Assembly (NCBI GenBank): GCA_030265395.1
Contig: JARFYF010000036.1
Span: 24,290,529 to 24,354,528 of the forward strand
Source of the DNA: Rhina ancylostomus
Taxonomy: Eukaryota
DNA length: 64,000 bases
Direction: 5' to 3'
Shown here: positions 39,290 through 53,227 of the stretch, one piece after another
Position numbering within the stretch: position 1 is the stretch's first letter
Layout: the number at the start of each line of letters is the position of its first letter
Position numbers and translations under genes: made by a program
The notes under the pieces: model-generated
The model's database searches: none
Seen by the model: the letters and a program-made list of their open reading frames with translations, nothing else
What the model was told of the DNA's origin: nothing

Positions 39290-39860
39290 TGTTCATTAAG
39301 GTTCTAGGATTGAGACCCAGCAGTGATGAAGGGACAGGAGCCATGACTTGGAGAGGCCATGCAGATGTTTCCATTTACCTGCTGCTCTTTTCCTTGGTAG
39401 AAGTCACAGATTAGCAAGGTGCTGTAGGACTGGAGCAGGTGAGCTATATGTTTGCTTTTTGTGGATGTACACACTAGTTACTGTGTGCTGAGTGACAATT
39501 GAGATACTAATCAAGACTTGTTGGAGCTGCAAGTAAGTGGGAAGTATTTCATAATGCTCATGAACATGATGGAAAGGCTTTGTGGTGTCAGGAGGTTAGT
39601 CACTTGCTGCAGCATAGCCAGCTTCAGAACTGTACTCAAAGCCACTGTATTTATGTGGCTCACCCAGTTGAGTTTCTGGTCAGTGGTTATCTCCAGGATG
39701 GTGATAATGGTGCTTAAGACTACAGTAGTGCCATTGAATGTTAAGAATTGCTGTTTAGTATTGTTGGAGATGGTCATAGCCAGGCACTTGTTTGATGAGT
39801 AGTTACTTGCTTAGGCAAGGGCTGATAAATTGCAAGGGTATGGACTGGTTCATTATCTAG
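39290..39860 (-). mobile_element. Old CR1-group LINE RT 3' fragment
   Basis: ITILEITTDQKLNWVSHINTVA...LQQVTNLLTPQSLSI. Confidence 0.75.
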
Positions 39861-40669
39861 GTAGTTTTTTCTGGAAATGGCAATTTAATTTCTTAAAAAT
39901 TAATTTCCACTTTTTTAATGCTCTTGAATGTCAGGGACTTCAAAAAAAAACATTGATTTAAAAAAAACATTGAATGTCACTTTCATTCCCTGTTGCCCTG
40001 CATTTGACTGCTTGAACTTCCTGCCTGAGAGCATCCTGAACCCAAATGGCAAAGCCTTGGCATTATGCAATAGAGAATCCAAGTGGTGAATGTGGACAGC
40101 AAGCTCTCTTATGTTCATAAGTTATAATTGCCCTATGTACATTCTTTTTGAAGAACACTGTTTCACTTTGATAATTCTGAGCTTGCCCTGTACCTTGAGT
40201 ATGGCAATAACAAAAACAGTGGTAGTTAATCTGTATATGTAATCAAAGTTATAAAGGCTAAAATAGTTGAACTCCATAGGCCCCATGTGCAAAAACCAGA
40301 CCCATATTACAGAAAACATTTTTTTAAATGCAGATATGGGTAGCTGTAGTAAGTTGTGCACACATTGTCTATTCCTAATTGCTCTGAATTTGATAAAACT
40401 GGCTCACTGGGCCATTCAGTTGGCAGTTAATAGTTAACCATATGTAGTGCTGGACATATCCAAGGGAAATTAGAGAACTGAATTTTCTAAAATGTGCTTT
40501 CTTGAAGCTGGATTTGAATACTTTAAGTGTAGTCTTGTGATTTGAATTTCTGTTTTCTGGATTATTAGTCCAGTCTTCTGTTGCTTCTAGTACCAATAAT
40601 AAAATTACTGCACTACAGTGTAAAAGGACATAATTTGGTGCATCATTGGCCATACAGTGCCTTAGTTAT

Positions 40670-40960
40670 ACCCTGCCATTCAATAAGATCATGGCTCTTC
40701 TGCTTGTCCTCAACTCCTCCACTTTTCTGCTGGATTCCCTTAATACTTCTCCTGTAGGCCAAAAAATCTGTTTTGATGAAGGCCTTTGCAGCTCTATGGA
40801 TAGACAATTCCAAAGATTTGCAGCCTTCTGAGTGAAGGAATTCCCCTTTTTGTCTATTTATAATTAGGTACCCTCTTCTGCCATTCTGGCCCCTAATCCT
40901 AGATTTCTCCACTGGCGAAACATCCTCACAGTATCTACTCTGTCAAACCCACTTAGTCTT
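40670..40960 (-). mobile_element. CR1 3' fragment (second tail family)
   Basis: ccctgccattcaataagatcatggct tail; SGFDRVDTVRMF and SRIRGQN peptides. Confidence 0.7.
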
Positions 40961-41960
40961 GCATGCTTCAACAAGCTTGCTTTTCCACCTATGACTGCAC
41001 CTTCAGCCATTCTATCAATATTGCGAACATAGATATGAATACTTATAGCCAATCCTGCATTTAAATTTTTGTTTGCAAATAGGTAATGCATTTGTTAATG
41101 AAATAAATCTGTTCTCACAATATTGGAACAGGTTTAACAACTCTCTGCTACCTTTTTGTTCAAGGGAATGCTGATTTATTCTGGGGAGGGATCCCAAGAT
41201 TAACTTGCATTGATTTGTAACAGGAAATAGATACTGTAATATTGACTTTGAGTAAACTAACCAAAATGAGTATGAGATTTGTATATGAATAAGTTGTCAT
41301 TATAAGTGCTCTGTTCTGAAAAGATGCAGAATGAATTGAGAGACACCTTTTAATTTGATGAATAACTATGGAACTTGATTTGTGCTTGTGTTTTGCTACA
41401 TTTAACAATATTGAAGTGTATTTAAGTAGTTTTTTTTAGTGCAGTGCACATATTAGGAATGCATATTCATTGTCAGCCTTCTTTTGTTTAATGGGGCTGT
41501 TGGAGCTGTTGCTTCACTTGGGGCTGGCAGCTGTGCCGTATCAGTAGCCATGACCAGCGCAATTTTCTTTACTGATGTTGACAGAAAAAGATAAGCTTTG
41601 TTTGCTTATTGTGAAATATGTTCAGATCTNNNNNNNNNNGTGTTTTAATCCACCGTTAGTTGTGGGGGGAACATGGGAAGAGGGAGGTGGAAAGGATAAG
41701 TGAAGGTAGAATCTTGGAGACTAGAGTGATTCTGATATTTCCAACCAGATATTTGTTTGAGGTGGTGATCTGGCTTGAGACTCTGTCATCTTGCCAATGA
41801 AATGCAGCATTGCTGGTGGGGGATGGATGGGCAAATTTAACTGTTTAATGAATGAGAGTTAAAATGAATAAACTTCTGGTGGAGCCCATTGGGGTTCCTT
41901 GGCTCACATAGTTATTGTTTGAATGGGAAATGACTGGTGCTGATACGTATGAAACAAGTA

Positions 41961-42367
41961 CTGGTCCTCCCCAAGTTACAAACACTACTTCTGGACATCC
42001 TGTACATACAAATGAGCATTTGGGAGACTGGTGGGATGGATGGAGATGGATTTGCCAGCTGCTGGGGGGCTGCAGGCATCTTCTGCTGGGTAGCAACAGG
42101 GCATTTTCCACATACCTTCTCTTCCCTCCACCGAGCTGCAACAAGGAGGGGCTGGGTCAAGCCCAGTAGAGCTGGGTGTGCTAAGGAGACTCCACTCACT
42201 CGCTCACCAAGTTGGTGAGGCTGGTTGGTGGCTGCTCTTCCTGCGCCTGCTCACTCTCCCATCACTGCAGTCTCTGTGACCCCCAACCCACCACAGTTTG
42301 TTTATTTCTGACTAAAGGTTCTATTCCTGAGCATTGTTTGTAACCCTGTCATAATCTGGGGACTGAC
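41961..42367. mobile_element. Possible Tigger/pogo-like MITE
   Basis: TA-flanked degenerate inverted ends ctggtcctccccaagttacaa / gtcataatctggggactgac; GC-richer interior. Confidence 0.45.
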
Positions 42368-42559
42368 TACCAATGTTTATTTTCTTTTGCTGTTAAGGCT
42401 ATTTTGTAAATCACTCTTGTGGATTTGGTGGGTAATTTTCTAAATCTCTGCTGGAAATGGGTACTTTTATCTGCAAGCAGTGCATGTTGCCCTCTTTTTT
42501 TTTGTCTCAAGATAATTCAGTATGTTGTTGGATAGCCGTTGGTGGTGTTCTGTGAGAAG

Positions 42560-43279
42560 TGATGAAAATGCTGATGCTATATATGTAAAACAGCAAACCT
42601 AGGTTGGGCGAAAAATTGGTGGATGGAGTTTAATCCCGACATGAGGTGTTGCTTTTGAGAGGTCAAATGTAAGAGGAAAGTATACAGTAAATCGCAGGAC
42701 CTTTTAGGAGCATTCATATACAGAGAGATATTGGGGTGCAAGTTCATGGCTCCTACAAAGTAGCAACACAAGAAGATAGGGCAGTAAAGAAGGTGTATGG
42801 CATGCTTGCCTTCACTGGGCTATTGAGTACAGAAATTGGGGAGTCGCATTGCAGCTGTAGAAAACTTTGGTTACAATACATTTGGAGTATTGTGTACATT
42901 TCTGGTTACAACATTATAAGAAGTATCTGGAGAGTATGCAGAAGAGGTTCACCAGGATGAAGTTTGGGTTGGGCTGTATTTGCCATAAGGAGAGATTGGA
43001 TTGTTTTCTTCAGAGGTTGAGGGGTGACCTGATCGATATATAAAAGTAATGAAAGCCACAGACAGGGTAGATAGTTAGTCTTTTTCTCCCAGAATGGGAA
43101 TGTCCAATGTCAGACATCATAGGTTAAGGTGAAAGTGGGAAAGTTTAAAGGAGATTTATATGACAAGCTGCTTTTTTTTTGAAATACTGTAGTAGGTGCC
43201 TAGAATGTGTTACCAAGAAAGGAGATGAAAGCAGATGCAACAGCAACATTTAAGAGGCATGTAGACAGACACATGAGCA
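42560..43279 (+). mobile_element. CR1/HER1 RT 3' portion; tail probably resumes at about 44126-44161
   Basis: GVQVHGSYKVATQEDRAVKKVYGMLAF...TFKRHVDRHMS. Confidence 0.85.
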
Positions 43280-43809
43280 NNNNNNNNNNNNNNNNNNNNN
43301 NNNNNNNNNNNNNNNNNNNNNNNNNNNNNNNNNNNNNNNNNNNNNNNNNNNNNNNNNNNNNNNNNNNNNNNNNNNNNNNGGTGACAAGGGTGCGATTAGA
43401 CTGGGTTGTGTATAGAAGGGTCTGGGGAATACTGCCTAGAGGGATATGGGTTAAACACAGGCAAATGGGATTAGCCTCGAAGGACATCTTGGTCAGCATG
43501 GGTGAGTTGGGCCGAAGGGCCTGTTTCCATGCTGCACGGCTCTATATTCAAGAGTCTGGGCAGTGAACAGGGTGGGATATTGAAGAGACTGGGGGTGGGG
43601 GGGGACGCTGGGTGGGATTAGACTGGGGGGGATATTAAAGCATCTTGGGAGTGAGCACACTGGGATATGAAAGGGGTTGGAGAGTGAGCAGGGTGGGATT
43701 GGACTGGGTGGGTCGCTGGGAGAGCATTGATAGGGTAATAGGTTTCCTGGACTCTCAGAGGATTTGTGGTCCCGGCTACGTTCTGCCGTGCGAGGTGCTG
43801 CCACCTTTA

Positions 43810-44238
<429 letters not shown>

Positions 44239-44969
44239 TTAACATTCTTCCACATTTATTTTGGTTTGTTTTAAATTGATCTAAAGTTTGTTAATTCCAT
44301 TTATTGTGTTGTACTATGTTGAGTCCACACATGGTGGGGTTTGGAAGGGCTAAATGAGCAGACTGAAGCTTTTTATTTTGAAGTCCAATATTGTACTGAA
44401 GCATAACTGCAGCAAGCAGTGGATCCTTGCCCCAAAATGTATATTTGGCTTGCTGTAGCATTGACTGCTCTCTTGGCAAGCTCTGTCCAATATGTCTAAT
44501 CAATATAGGCACCTTGAAAATGGATAATGATGATGCTGTACATAAGGCAATGGCAAACCTGTTGAATGTATTCTTTGCAATGAAGGAAGATGGCATAATT
44601 AAAGGTACAAAGCTGAAGTTGTAAATCTACAGCACAAAAGCAAAATAAAAGTGGACATAGGATTTGTCAATTTGTGATGCTCCTCAGGATTAGATGGTGC
44701 TAGTCCAGGATTTTCAAGAAGAGATGTGAGCTTGCATATTTATAAATATAACATACTGAAGTTCAGAATTGGGGCGGTGGGTAATTATACGTGGCTTTTA
44801 TTTTAAATATTAATGTGTGCCATGCAAAGAGGGGAGGTATCACCTAGTTAGCTTAACATTGGGAGTAGAAATTGAGTGTCTAAAACCTTGAATTTTCAGC
44901 TAGTCAGAGGGGGCCAATAAGGATTTGCATAAGAGACCATGCTGATATGTTGTTACAGAGAAAGTCTAT

Positions 44970-45690
44970 TTTGAATGTGGGAATTGCTGTAAAGCCAGCA
45001 TTTATCGCCAAACCATAATTGCCCATGAAGTGGTGAGCTGTCATCTTGAACAGCTGCAGTCCTTCTGGCTACAGCACTTTCACATTTTATTGTTGAATTA
45101 GCAGTTGGAGGATTTTGACCCAGTGACAATAGAGTAAGACAATAGTTTCAATCACTGGTGATGTGTAACTTGTAAATAACGTTTCTCTCCATCCTTCTAG
45201 TCAATAGAGCTCATGGGTGAATGAGGTTGTTTTAAAGCAGCTTTAAGTTTGTGCCATGCAACTTGTTGAATAATATGCACAGCAGAAACAGTACCCCAAT
45301 GGTGGAGGAGGTGAATGTTTAAGATGTAGACTGCTGTTTAAACAGGATGCTTTTACAAGCCTACCACCTGGCATCTTGAGTGTTGTGGCTGTGTTCATCC
45401 AGGCAAGTGGATTATTTTGCTTGAGTGTTCTTTTATGCTTCTGATTTGTCTGTGGTAGATGGTGGAAGGCTTTGGTCAGCTGGGAGATGAGTCACATGCC
45501 ACAAATCCCAGTCTCTGANNNNNNNNNNNNNNNNNNNNNNNNNNNNNNNNNNNNNNNNNNNNNNNNNNNNNNNNNNNNNNNNNNNNNNNNNNNNNNNNNN
45601 NNNNNNNNNNNNNNNNNNTGCTCTTGTAGTAACATTATTTGTGGCTAGTCCAGTTAAGTTTCTAGTCAGTGCCGATAACTTGGGAATTGT
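44970..45690 (-). mobile_element. Old CR1-group LINE 3' end, continuous across the 45519-45618 gap
   Basis: gccagcatttatcgcc...ttcatccaggcaagtgg...cccagtctctga[N]tgctcttgtag...gtccagttaagtttct. Confidence 0.7.
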
Positions 45691-47419
45691 GTAGTGGGGC
45701 TGTCCTCTTCTACTCTTAAAAGAGAAAGGAATAGCCCCAATAATTCAAGACCAGTAAGTGGAATCAATTCGAAGGGACGTTATATACTTAGGGAGTTGCA
45801 GATTAATTGCAGATACTCAGTGTGGATATGTTTGGTAGTTCCTTTATTGATTGGCAGTTAAGATGGACTGAACGATCTTCCAGTGTTGTAAATTTTCTGA
45901 TTTTCATTGTTACATTATTGAATGCTGAAAGGAGATTCATTGCCTAGTACTTGTGTGGCGTGATTGCATTTTTTTTGTATCAATGTTTTAATGTTGTCTA
46001 GGTGCATTATCTGCAGAGATGTGACTGGAATTGAGCATTTGTGTATCAAGAATGAACATCTCCACTTCTAGCCTTGTGAAGGAGAGTAGATCTTGAAGAA
46101 GCAGCAGGCATCGTTGGAGTAGGACAGTGGCCCAAGGAAAATAGGATGATTTCCCCTCCAATAATCAACTTCAGAATAAACTGTAACATAGGACTTCCAT
46201 TTGGTCAAATGGGAGGTACTTTCTTTTGGACCTAAAACTGTAGGAAGATGATACCTTTCCAAAGGGTGAAAATCTTGCTGGAGATGCTTGGATGTACACA
46301 AAACATTAAAATACCAAAACAGGTACAGAAAATAATCAAATGTATAGAATTCTGTACTTTGTCAAGATAACTGGAATGCAAGGGTTTGATGTTAAGCTAC
46401 TGCAATACCAAACGTTGATTAGACACTGGAATGCAGTCAAGGCCCCATGGGTTAAGTTGAAGAGGACAAAACAGGTTTGCATTCCCTGGAATTTAGAAGT
46501 TTGGGAGAGGTCGGGTGGGGTTGTGGGGAGTGATTTTGATCAAAGCTTTTCGGACAATAGGAGGAGTTCAGCAGGGACAGCATGAAATAACTTCGATTGG
46601 CTGAAATCATTAGGAGCTCAAAAATAAAGCTCAGACTCTCGGGTCACTACTTGAGGGTGGGGGGAATCTTCATGTGCAGGTTTTAGAAGTTTGGTCCTTC
46701 TGTAAATGGAAAAGTAATTAAGATTGGCCAGACGATAGAGAGAACTCCTGCACCTTCCTGCCCCCCTCCCAACCAATTGTTCAAAAATGCTATGAGTTTC
46801 TAAAAGAAAATGCTTAAAGTTTAAATATGTTTCTTTCAAACTGTCTGGTTTGGCAAGCAGCAAATAGAAGTAAGAGTAAAGGAGATAATTTGCTTGATCA
46901 TAGCTATTCTGTCACTTGCTGTAAGTGGAGCTACCTTTTCCATCTATTCTCATGCCCTTTGCTACCCAGNNNNNNNNNNTGCCACATTCCAATTCTTTTT
47001 CTACATCTCTGCCCTTCCCTCTTCCCTGAAGTTTGTGATAATTGTTGTATATTGCCTTGCTAACACTTCACCACCAGCCAATGAGTAATCCTTCAACCTT
47101 TGAATTAAATTGATCTATTTAACTTCTCCCTATTACAGTGAAAGTGTTTGTTCCTCAGAACTGCAACCCTTCATTATGGCAGTACTTTGCTGAATTGTTC
47201 ATCTTTTACAGTTTAAGTATACTCATTATAAGTGCCTGAACTTGCACCTATTTTGTTTTCAGTATATTCATTGGAAAATTTAACTTGTATTCATTTCCAT
47301 ATATGTAAAATTGCTGCATGTCATACAGGGGAGATGATCACTAAATCTGACTGTTCGGGAGTCATTGTGTAGTTTGGGGAGCATCAGAGTAACCATGGCC
47401 ATGCACAGATGTGCATATA

Positions 47420-47790
47420 CCATGTTTCACAAATACAGATTTGGGGAATTTTAGTGGACCTTTGCAAAAGGGTACAAGACGTTTTGGGATCAAGAAGGCC
47501 ACCAGGGGTCAAATTGAAATGATGGTGGAATAAGATATCCAGTGTGATCAGTCCCAGATGTGATGCCCGAAGAAATTGCAATGTTCCAGAAGATTATTGA
47601 ACCTGCACTAGCAGGTAAAAATCATGCATACTTTTGTAATGCTCTAACACTCATTTCTTTCAGGACAAGGTTCCTCAGAATAAAGTATGCAGCAGAAGGT
47701 TGAAGGGGAACCACCTTGTCTAGACATAAATGTTTAGAGAAAAGTTTGGTGATTGTGAGCCTGCACAGGATTGGAGATCATTGGGATAGG
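47420..47790 (+). pseudogene. Harbinger Myb/SANT-like gene relic A
   Basis: PCFTNTDL/ILVDLCKRVQDVLGSRRPPGVKLK*WWNKISSVIS...QCSRRLLNL; donor at 47615; acceptor ctttcag|GACAAG giving DKVPQNK. Confidence 0.6.
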
Positions 47791-48410
47791 GAATGAATAT
47801 GGTATTCCTCAGATCCCACAATCCCCTTGTCCCACAATCTCTTCTGCTTTCCAACATCAGGATGGCCCGACCTATCAACTCCTCCCCTCACTTGTGTGCC
47901 TGAAATGAGAAAGGCACCTGCTGCCAGGTATTGGCAGTACAGGAGAAGGAAGAAAACTCCTATCACCAATTTTCAGCCTTGTCTACGATCCTGGTGTTTC
48001 CTCTAGCAGAGGATGGTTTTGGTGATCCACTATGTAAGGGGGTGTATAGCCTGACCATGGGAGAGTAGTCCCTCTAGCTCCCTTAAGGGCAAGGTAACAC
48101 TCATTCTACTCAAGGACTCTGTTTACAATTATGATGGCATAGCCCATGTACAGATGCTGAGGAATATGCATGTGGATATACTTGAGATGTGGGAAGCCTA
48201 GAGCTCATCTTTTCAACCTAGGTGGTTGCCTGTTCAACATCAACACTCGTGAGTGGCTTTCATTGCATGAAATTGGTCTGCACTACTTAAAACCAACCTG
48301 CACCTCAACGGTATTGTGACTAGAGCAAATGGTGCTGGTAGTTATGAAATTAATCTGGAAAGTGGAACAACTCAGGAAAAAAGTAACTTCAAGGTCCTGT
48401 GTACTCTTGA

Positions 48411-49015
48411 CTGGAAGCTTGGTTGGATGTGGTACATAGTAGGTGGAATGAAATTTACCTGCAGGGGACAAGAGACTTGAGAAAAATAATGTAAAGGCAT
48501 TTGGAGAAGATAACTGGACATCTGTGATGGACATCAAGTCCCAACTACTGGATAAAGGGCCTTAAGAAGATTAGTGACACTGCATAGGTATGCAAGGTCA
48601 TTGAATGAATCTTCAAATGCTATAATTTGCACCAACTGCACTACAATTCTTGGACACTGCTTTGTGCACTGCACCTAGACCCACCTTGCAAACCTACTTG
48701 GCAATCTTTATCAACTAAGACTCGTACATAGCAATCATATATTCTAGTACAGCCTTGCACACAGCATTGCTGCAAGCCTAGAGCTTAATCTCATGTGCAC
48801 CTCATGTAAAGCCATTGCAATACATTTGTTAATATTTTCCTCCTCTCTTGCAGGCCAAGGTGATGGATAATTTCAGACAGCAATGGCAGCTAACCAGCAG
48901 GTAGCTGATGCAGCTTCTTCATGCTCATATGGAGGAGGTAGTATTTGACAAAATTGGAGCAGGCTAAACTGAGACTGTGGCAGGCAATGGAGCTGAAACC
49001 ACAGCAGAGGACAAT
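48411..49015 (+). pseudogene. Harbinger Myb/SANT-like gene relic B, two exons
   Basis: 48411-48596 LEAWLDVVHSRWNEIYLQGTRDLRKIM*RHLEKITGHL*WTSSPNYWIKGLKKISDTA*VCK|gt; acceptor ctcttgcag at 48853, then AKVMDNFRQQWQLTSR...TETVAGNGAETTAED. Confidence 0.65.
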
Positions 49016-50574
49016 AGCCTCCCAGTTAATAATTGTGGTTTAGTTTCCCTATAAATAATATTTGTATTCCATTTCTCCTTCATTGCACAATCTATCGCAC
49101 TGCCCCTCCCACCATTGCAACTCTATCTTCGTGCTTTTTTTCCTTTCAATGGCTAATTGGAGGTGACAGTAAATGCGCAAGAGAATAGAAACCCATTAGC
49201 CATTAACCTGTTAGTAATTAATCCTCTTTTACATAAAATTGTTGGAGATCTTTTCACGTGCCGAATGCATCTTCAGCTTTGCAAATTTGTGACGAGTGCT
49301 AGCTGAAGTATTGCGTTCCAAAAAGACAGCATTGGTATAAAATTGGATTTGTGTGCTGATTTGATGATCTATATGCTCTGCATTTTTTTTTTGCAGGTAT
49401 TTGTTGCACATGGACTTATGCCCTCACCAATATGGCATCCAGTGCAACTTGCAGCAGAAATATGTGCAGGTGGGTGCCACATCAGGACCAATTTGATTGC
49501 TGTTAGCAATTGTAAGAATGTGCACTGGAGCGAAATTTCACATCTGTTATGTCTAAGTCAGTAAGCGTATATTGGAATGTTTCACTCAATGTAACTCGTG
49601 TCCAGGATTATGTGAAGAAATGAGTATTGATAAATTCAATTTATTTTCAACAGTGGGTCAATTTTGAATTTGTGTAATTATGTAATTGTAAAAATAAAAT
49701 GTAATTGTCATATTAAAATTCTGTTACACCTGAATGTTGAGCTCCCAATTTCTTGTCAGCTTCATGGGTATATGGTTGGTGACTACAGCAAATTTTACAA
49801 TCATTATAAGTTTATAAAGCTGAATTTCTTGGCAAGTCGCAAAGCTTTCTGAATCTGAGAAATGAGACTGCAGCTCCAGTTTTGAGTTGCTGTGTGTGTG
49901 AACATTGGAAAGTTTTGTCCAAAGTTGCTCCATTATAGTATTAAGTATGATAACCTTACAGTTATTCCTATTGTAAAAATGGCCCTTAATGTCTTTGACC
50001 CCACAACCACTTCATTCCTGCTGTGACTGTTCTCTTGATCAGTAATGCACAAACAAGCCCTTAAGCTGGACCATCACTGACATATTTCTCTCCCCCACCT
50101 CCCCAATCTGTTTTTCCTGAATACTTAGTAGCCATGAACATTGTGATTTCCTCCCTTGGTAACAGAGCTTTGAATCGAGCTCTTGGAATCTCTCCCATTA
50201 TTTTCTTGGTGGTTATAATTTTTCAAAATTTTCTTTGAACTGTTTTGCTGTTTCATGCTATTCTGTTTTGCTGTGTTGAGCTCTGCTTTCTAGAGCCTTT
50301 TTTAAAAAGCATTTCGTTTGCTTCTAAAGACACTTGTATTTGTTTCTTTTCAGGAGCTTCCTTCTTAAACCTCCCCACCACCACCACCACCAATATCTAC
50401 CTCAGCATTTCTGTGTTGCCTATCTTCCCGCTCCACCAATCAATCTGTATTCTTCCTTAACTACCTACTGTACATTTCTGAGCATCGATGGACACTAATC
50501 ATTCCTCTTGTGTTAATATCTAAATTAGTTTTTCAATTGGGAAATAGGAAATCAAAGATGGCAAACTCAACTGA

Positions 50575-50700
50575 GACAATACACAAAGTGCTGGAGGAAC
50601 TCAGCAGGTTAGGCAGCATCTATGGAGGGAAATAAACAGTCGACATTTCGGGCTGAGACCCCTCATCAGGACTGGAAAAGAAGAGGGCAGAAGCCAGAAT
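50575..50700 (-). mobile_element. Penelope-derived (MER6-like) unit with hammerhead motif at 50637-50674
   Basis: Minus strand CAGTC-CTGATGA-G-GGGT-CTCA-GCCC-GAAA-TGTC-GACTG followed by gatgctgcctaacctgctgagttcctccagca. Confidence 0.8.
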
Positions 50701-51487
50701 CAACTGAGATTTTTTTTGGACTATTAGGTGTTATTTCTGTTGATACCACAACACACTTATAATTCACCTTTTGATGTTAGATAGTATAATTTTTCCAATG
50801 AGTCAGGTTTGTTGAAAGGGAGCGTAGGAACCAGGGCCCCATTATATTGAAAGAGAGTGTAACATCACTTGAGCCACATGCTAAACAATTGGGATTAATT
50901 GGATAGAAGATTTGTTTTTTTACTGTATTGTGGTAGTTCCCTGGAATTTTAAGAATGAGTTTTCTGAACAATTAAGTTCCTGATCTGAGTGGAGGTGCTG
51001 CTTTTGATTGTTGGCAATGTGTTGTAGTTCTGAGCTCACCGTTGACCACTGGCACACATCAGTTTATGTAAAAATGATATTCCCTTTTAACAGAAGATTG
51101 CTGATTTCAGATGGTCATGCTGTGTGTCTTTCAGGAGCAGAAAACCCTGCATGAAAACACTAATCCTTTTACATCAGTAATGAGCATCATCTGTTTCATG
51201 TGTGTGTAGCAATCCCCCAAGCAACAGTTCAACTTTGGTTGCAGGCATTCTTAATGCACCTGTTCCATTCTTAATATCTTCCTGTTTCTGGAACTTTGGT
51301 GCATTTGTATTTTATTCTAGTATGATTATCTTATTAAAGTACATAAACATTTTGGTGAGGAAGAGTACATAAACACTTCAGTGAAGTGCAACAAATTGGC
51401 ATGTTATGGTTCCAAACGCTAATGCACTTGTTTCTTCCCATCCAACAAAACCATTAAGAATCTGAAGTGTTAGCTGATCAACAGACA

Positions 51488-51697
51488 GTACTTGCCTCTT
51501 GAGTCAGGATTTTATAAATTCAAGCCACAGTCCAGCACTCTAGCATATTAATTCAGGCTGGCACTTAAGTGCAGTTTGAGAGAGTGCTACTTTGTTGGAA
51601 ATGTCATCTTTTGGATTTGTTGATGAATCCTGGCTACCTTTTCAAAAAGTGTAAAGGACATTGGAACATCCTGAGGTCATGAAAGGTGGTATATAAC
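51488..51697 (+). mobile_element. Deu-SINE (SacSINE1-like), internally deleted
   Basis: gcctcttgagtcagga...ttcaagcc...caggctggcact..agtgcagt..gagagagtgct...catcctgaggtcatgaaaggtggtatataa. Confidence 0.65.
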
Positions 51698-52329
51698 TGT
51701 CTTTTTTTTCTCCCATGTTGGTTAATAGCTAATTGTGGTTTCATATGTGCCTTGAGCCTGTGTCTGGCACTGCAGTATATTTGGAGCCATTAATAGCACT
51801 GATTTGCTCTAGAAATATCCCAACTGAAAGCATCTATAGTAAGGATATTGAATTTTAATCTTTAAATTTGTCTCTGTTAATAACTTGTGTTGCTTGATAG
51901 TTTTCATCTCCTGTAGCCAGTGGGGGACAATGATGGTGACTAGCCACAGTCCTGCCATATGGCAACACAATTTTCACCACCACCACACTAATAAAATTCC
52001 ATGCCTATAATTCTTCACACATGCATGGTGATGTGAATCACATGTTTTTTTTTATATATATAAAAAAAAAAGATTTTTCCACTCTCCTTACAGCCTTTCT
52101 CAGTTTGTAATTCTGATAAATTCAGGTCAGTCACATTTGGGGGTATCTTTGGCCACCTGTTGCAAGTTTTACTTCACCTTCTGCAAGTTGAAATCTTGCA
52201 AATTGCCAAGTTATGCTTGCTTGCTTTTTCACTGTCCATGTGTGTCACAGCTAAACCATTTGTATTTCATCAAAAGAATTAATTTGAGAGTTTTAAAAAG
52301 ACCAATCTGACTTGTATGGGACAACATAT

Positions 52330-52700
52330 ATTTAATCAGTAGCCAAGTTCATTGTCACGTGCACAAGTAGTGAGGTATAAGTACGGTGGAAAAAATTGCT
52401 TGCAGCAGCATTGCAGGTATAAAGGTTCAGATAACATTCAGCAAGACAAAAGAGGAAAAAAAATTTTTTGCACTAATCAGACACAAGTCCATGGTAATGC
52501 TAGAGTTGGTCCGTAGTGTTCTATTGCTGAGGTAGGGTTAGGGTTGTGCAGGACCGTTCAAGATCCTGATGGTTGTAGGAAAGCAACTGTTCCTGAACCT
52601 GGAGTTATGCGACTTCAGGCTTCTGTACCTCCTGCCCAATGATAACAGTGAGAAGAAGCTATGATCCAGAATGTGGGGATCCTTGACGATAGATGCTGCC
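52330..52700 (-). mobile_element. Rex1/Babar 3' end
   Basis: gttcaagatcctgatggttgtaggaaagcaactgttcctgaacctgg...caggcttctgtacctcctgccc (HLLPSGRRYRS...RFRNSF-like on minus). Confidence 0.75.
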
Positions 52701-53227
52701 TTGAGACTTGCATTTCCTGTAATTGAAATTTTCTGGTAGTATATTGATATTTCATTTTACCTTTTTTGTTAAATTGCATTCTGGACTAATTTGAAAATGA
52801 GGATGTATGAAACTTATTGCCTCTCCTATAACATCAAACTGCTATGATTTTTAATTTTCACACCGATAAAGCTACTTGCTACGAGACGTGTTATCTCACT
52901 TCTCTGACATCTGCAGTCACAAGTTATGGATGCACTCCTGTGGGTTCTAGTTTGAAAGCTGATAGGCAATGAGTCAAATGATAGTAAATTTTAGACATGG
53001 AAAATTTTAAAATACAGTATTGTAATGTAGGCCATTTATTTTAAATGAACAAACGATATGCATTTTGAATGGAGCTTAATTCCTTGCAGTGTTTGCCAGC
53101 ATTGTGTTCCATAATATGTCCCTCCATAGGATGTGTTCCTACAATCCTAGTCTGAATATCCTGTGAAGCCAATGCCTCTGTGCTGCTGAGGTTCTACTGT
53201 GATTTATGACTGAAGTTAATCATTTGA

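Noticed and set aside
48854-48900. AG/GT-bounded segment as the next ZNF704 exon
   Set aside because: It lacks the expected MD...AAMVLTSLS motif; in phase 0 it reads as Harbinger Myb exon 2.
52042-52071. T-run/(TA)n/A-run palindrome
   Set aside because: Low-complexity sequence.
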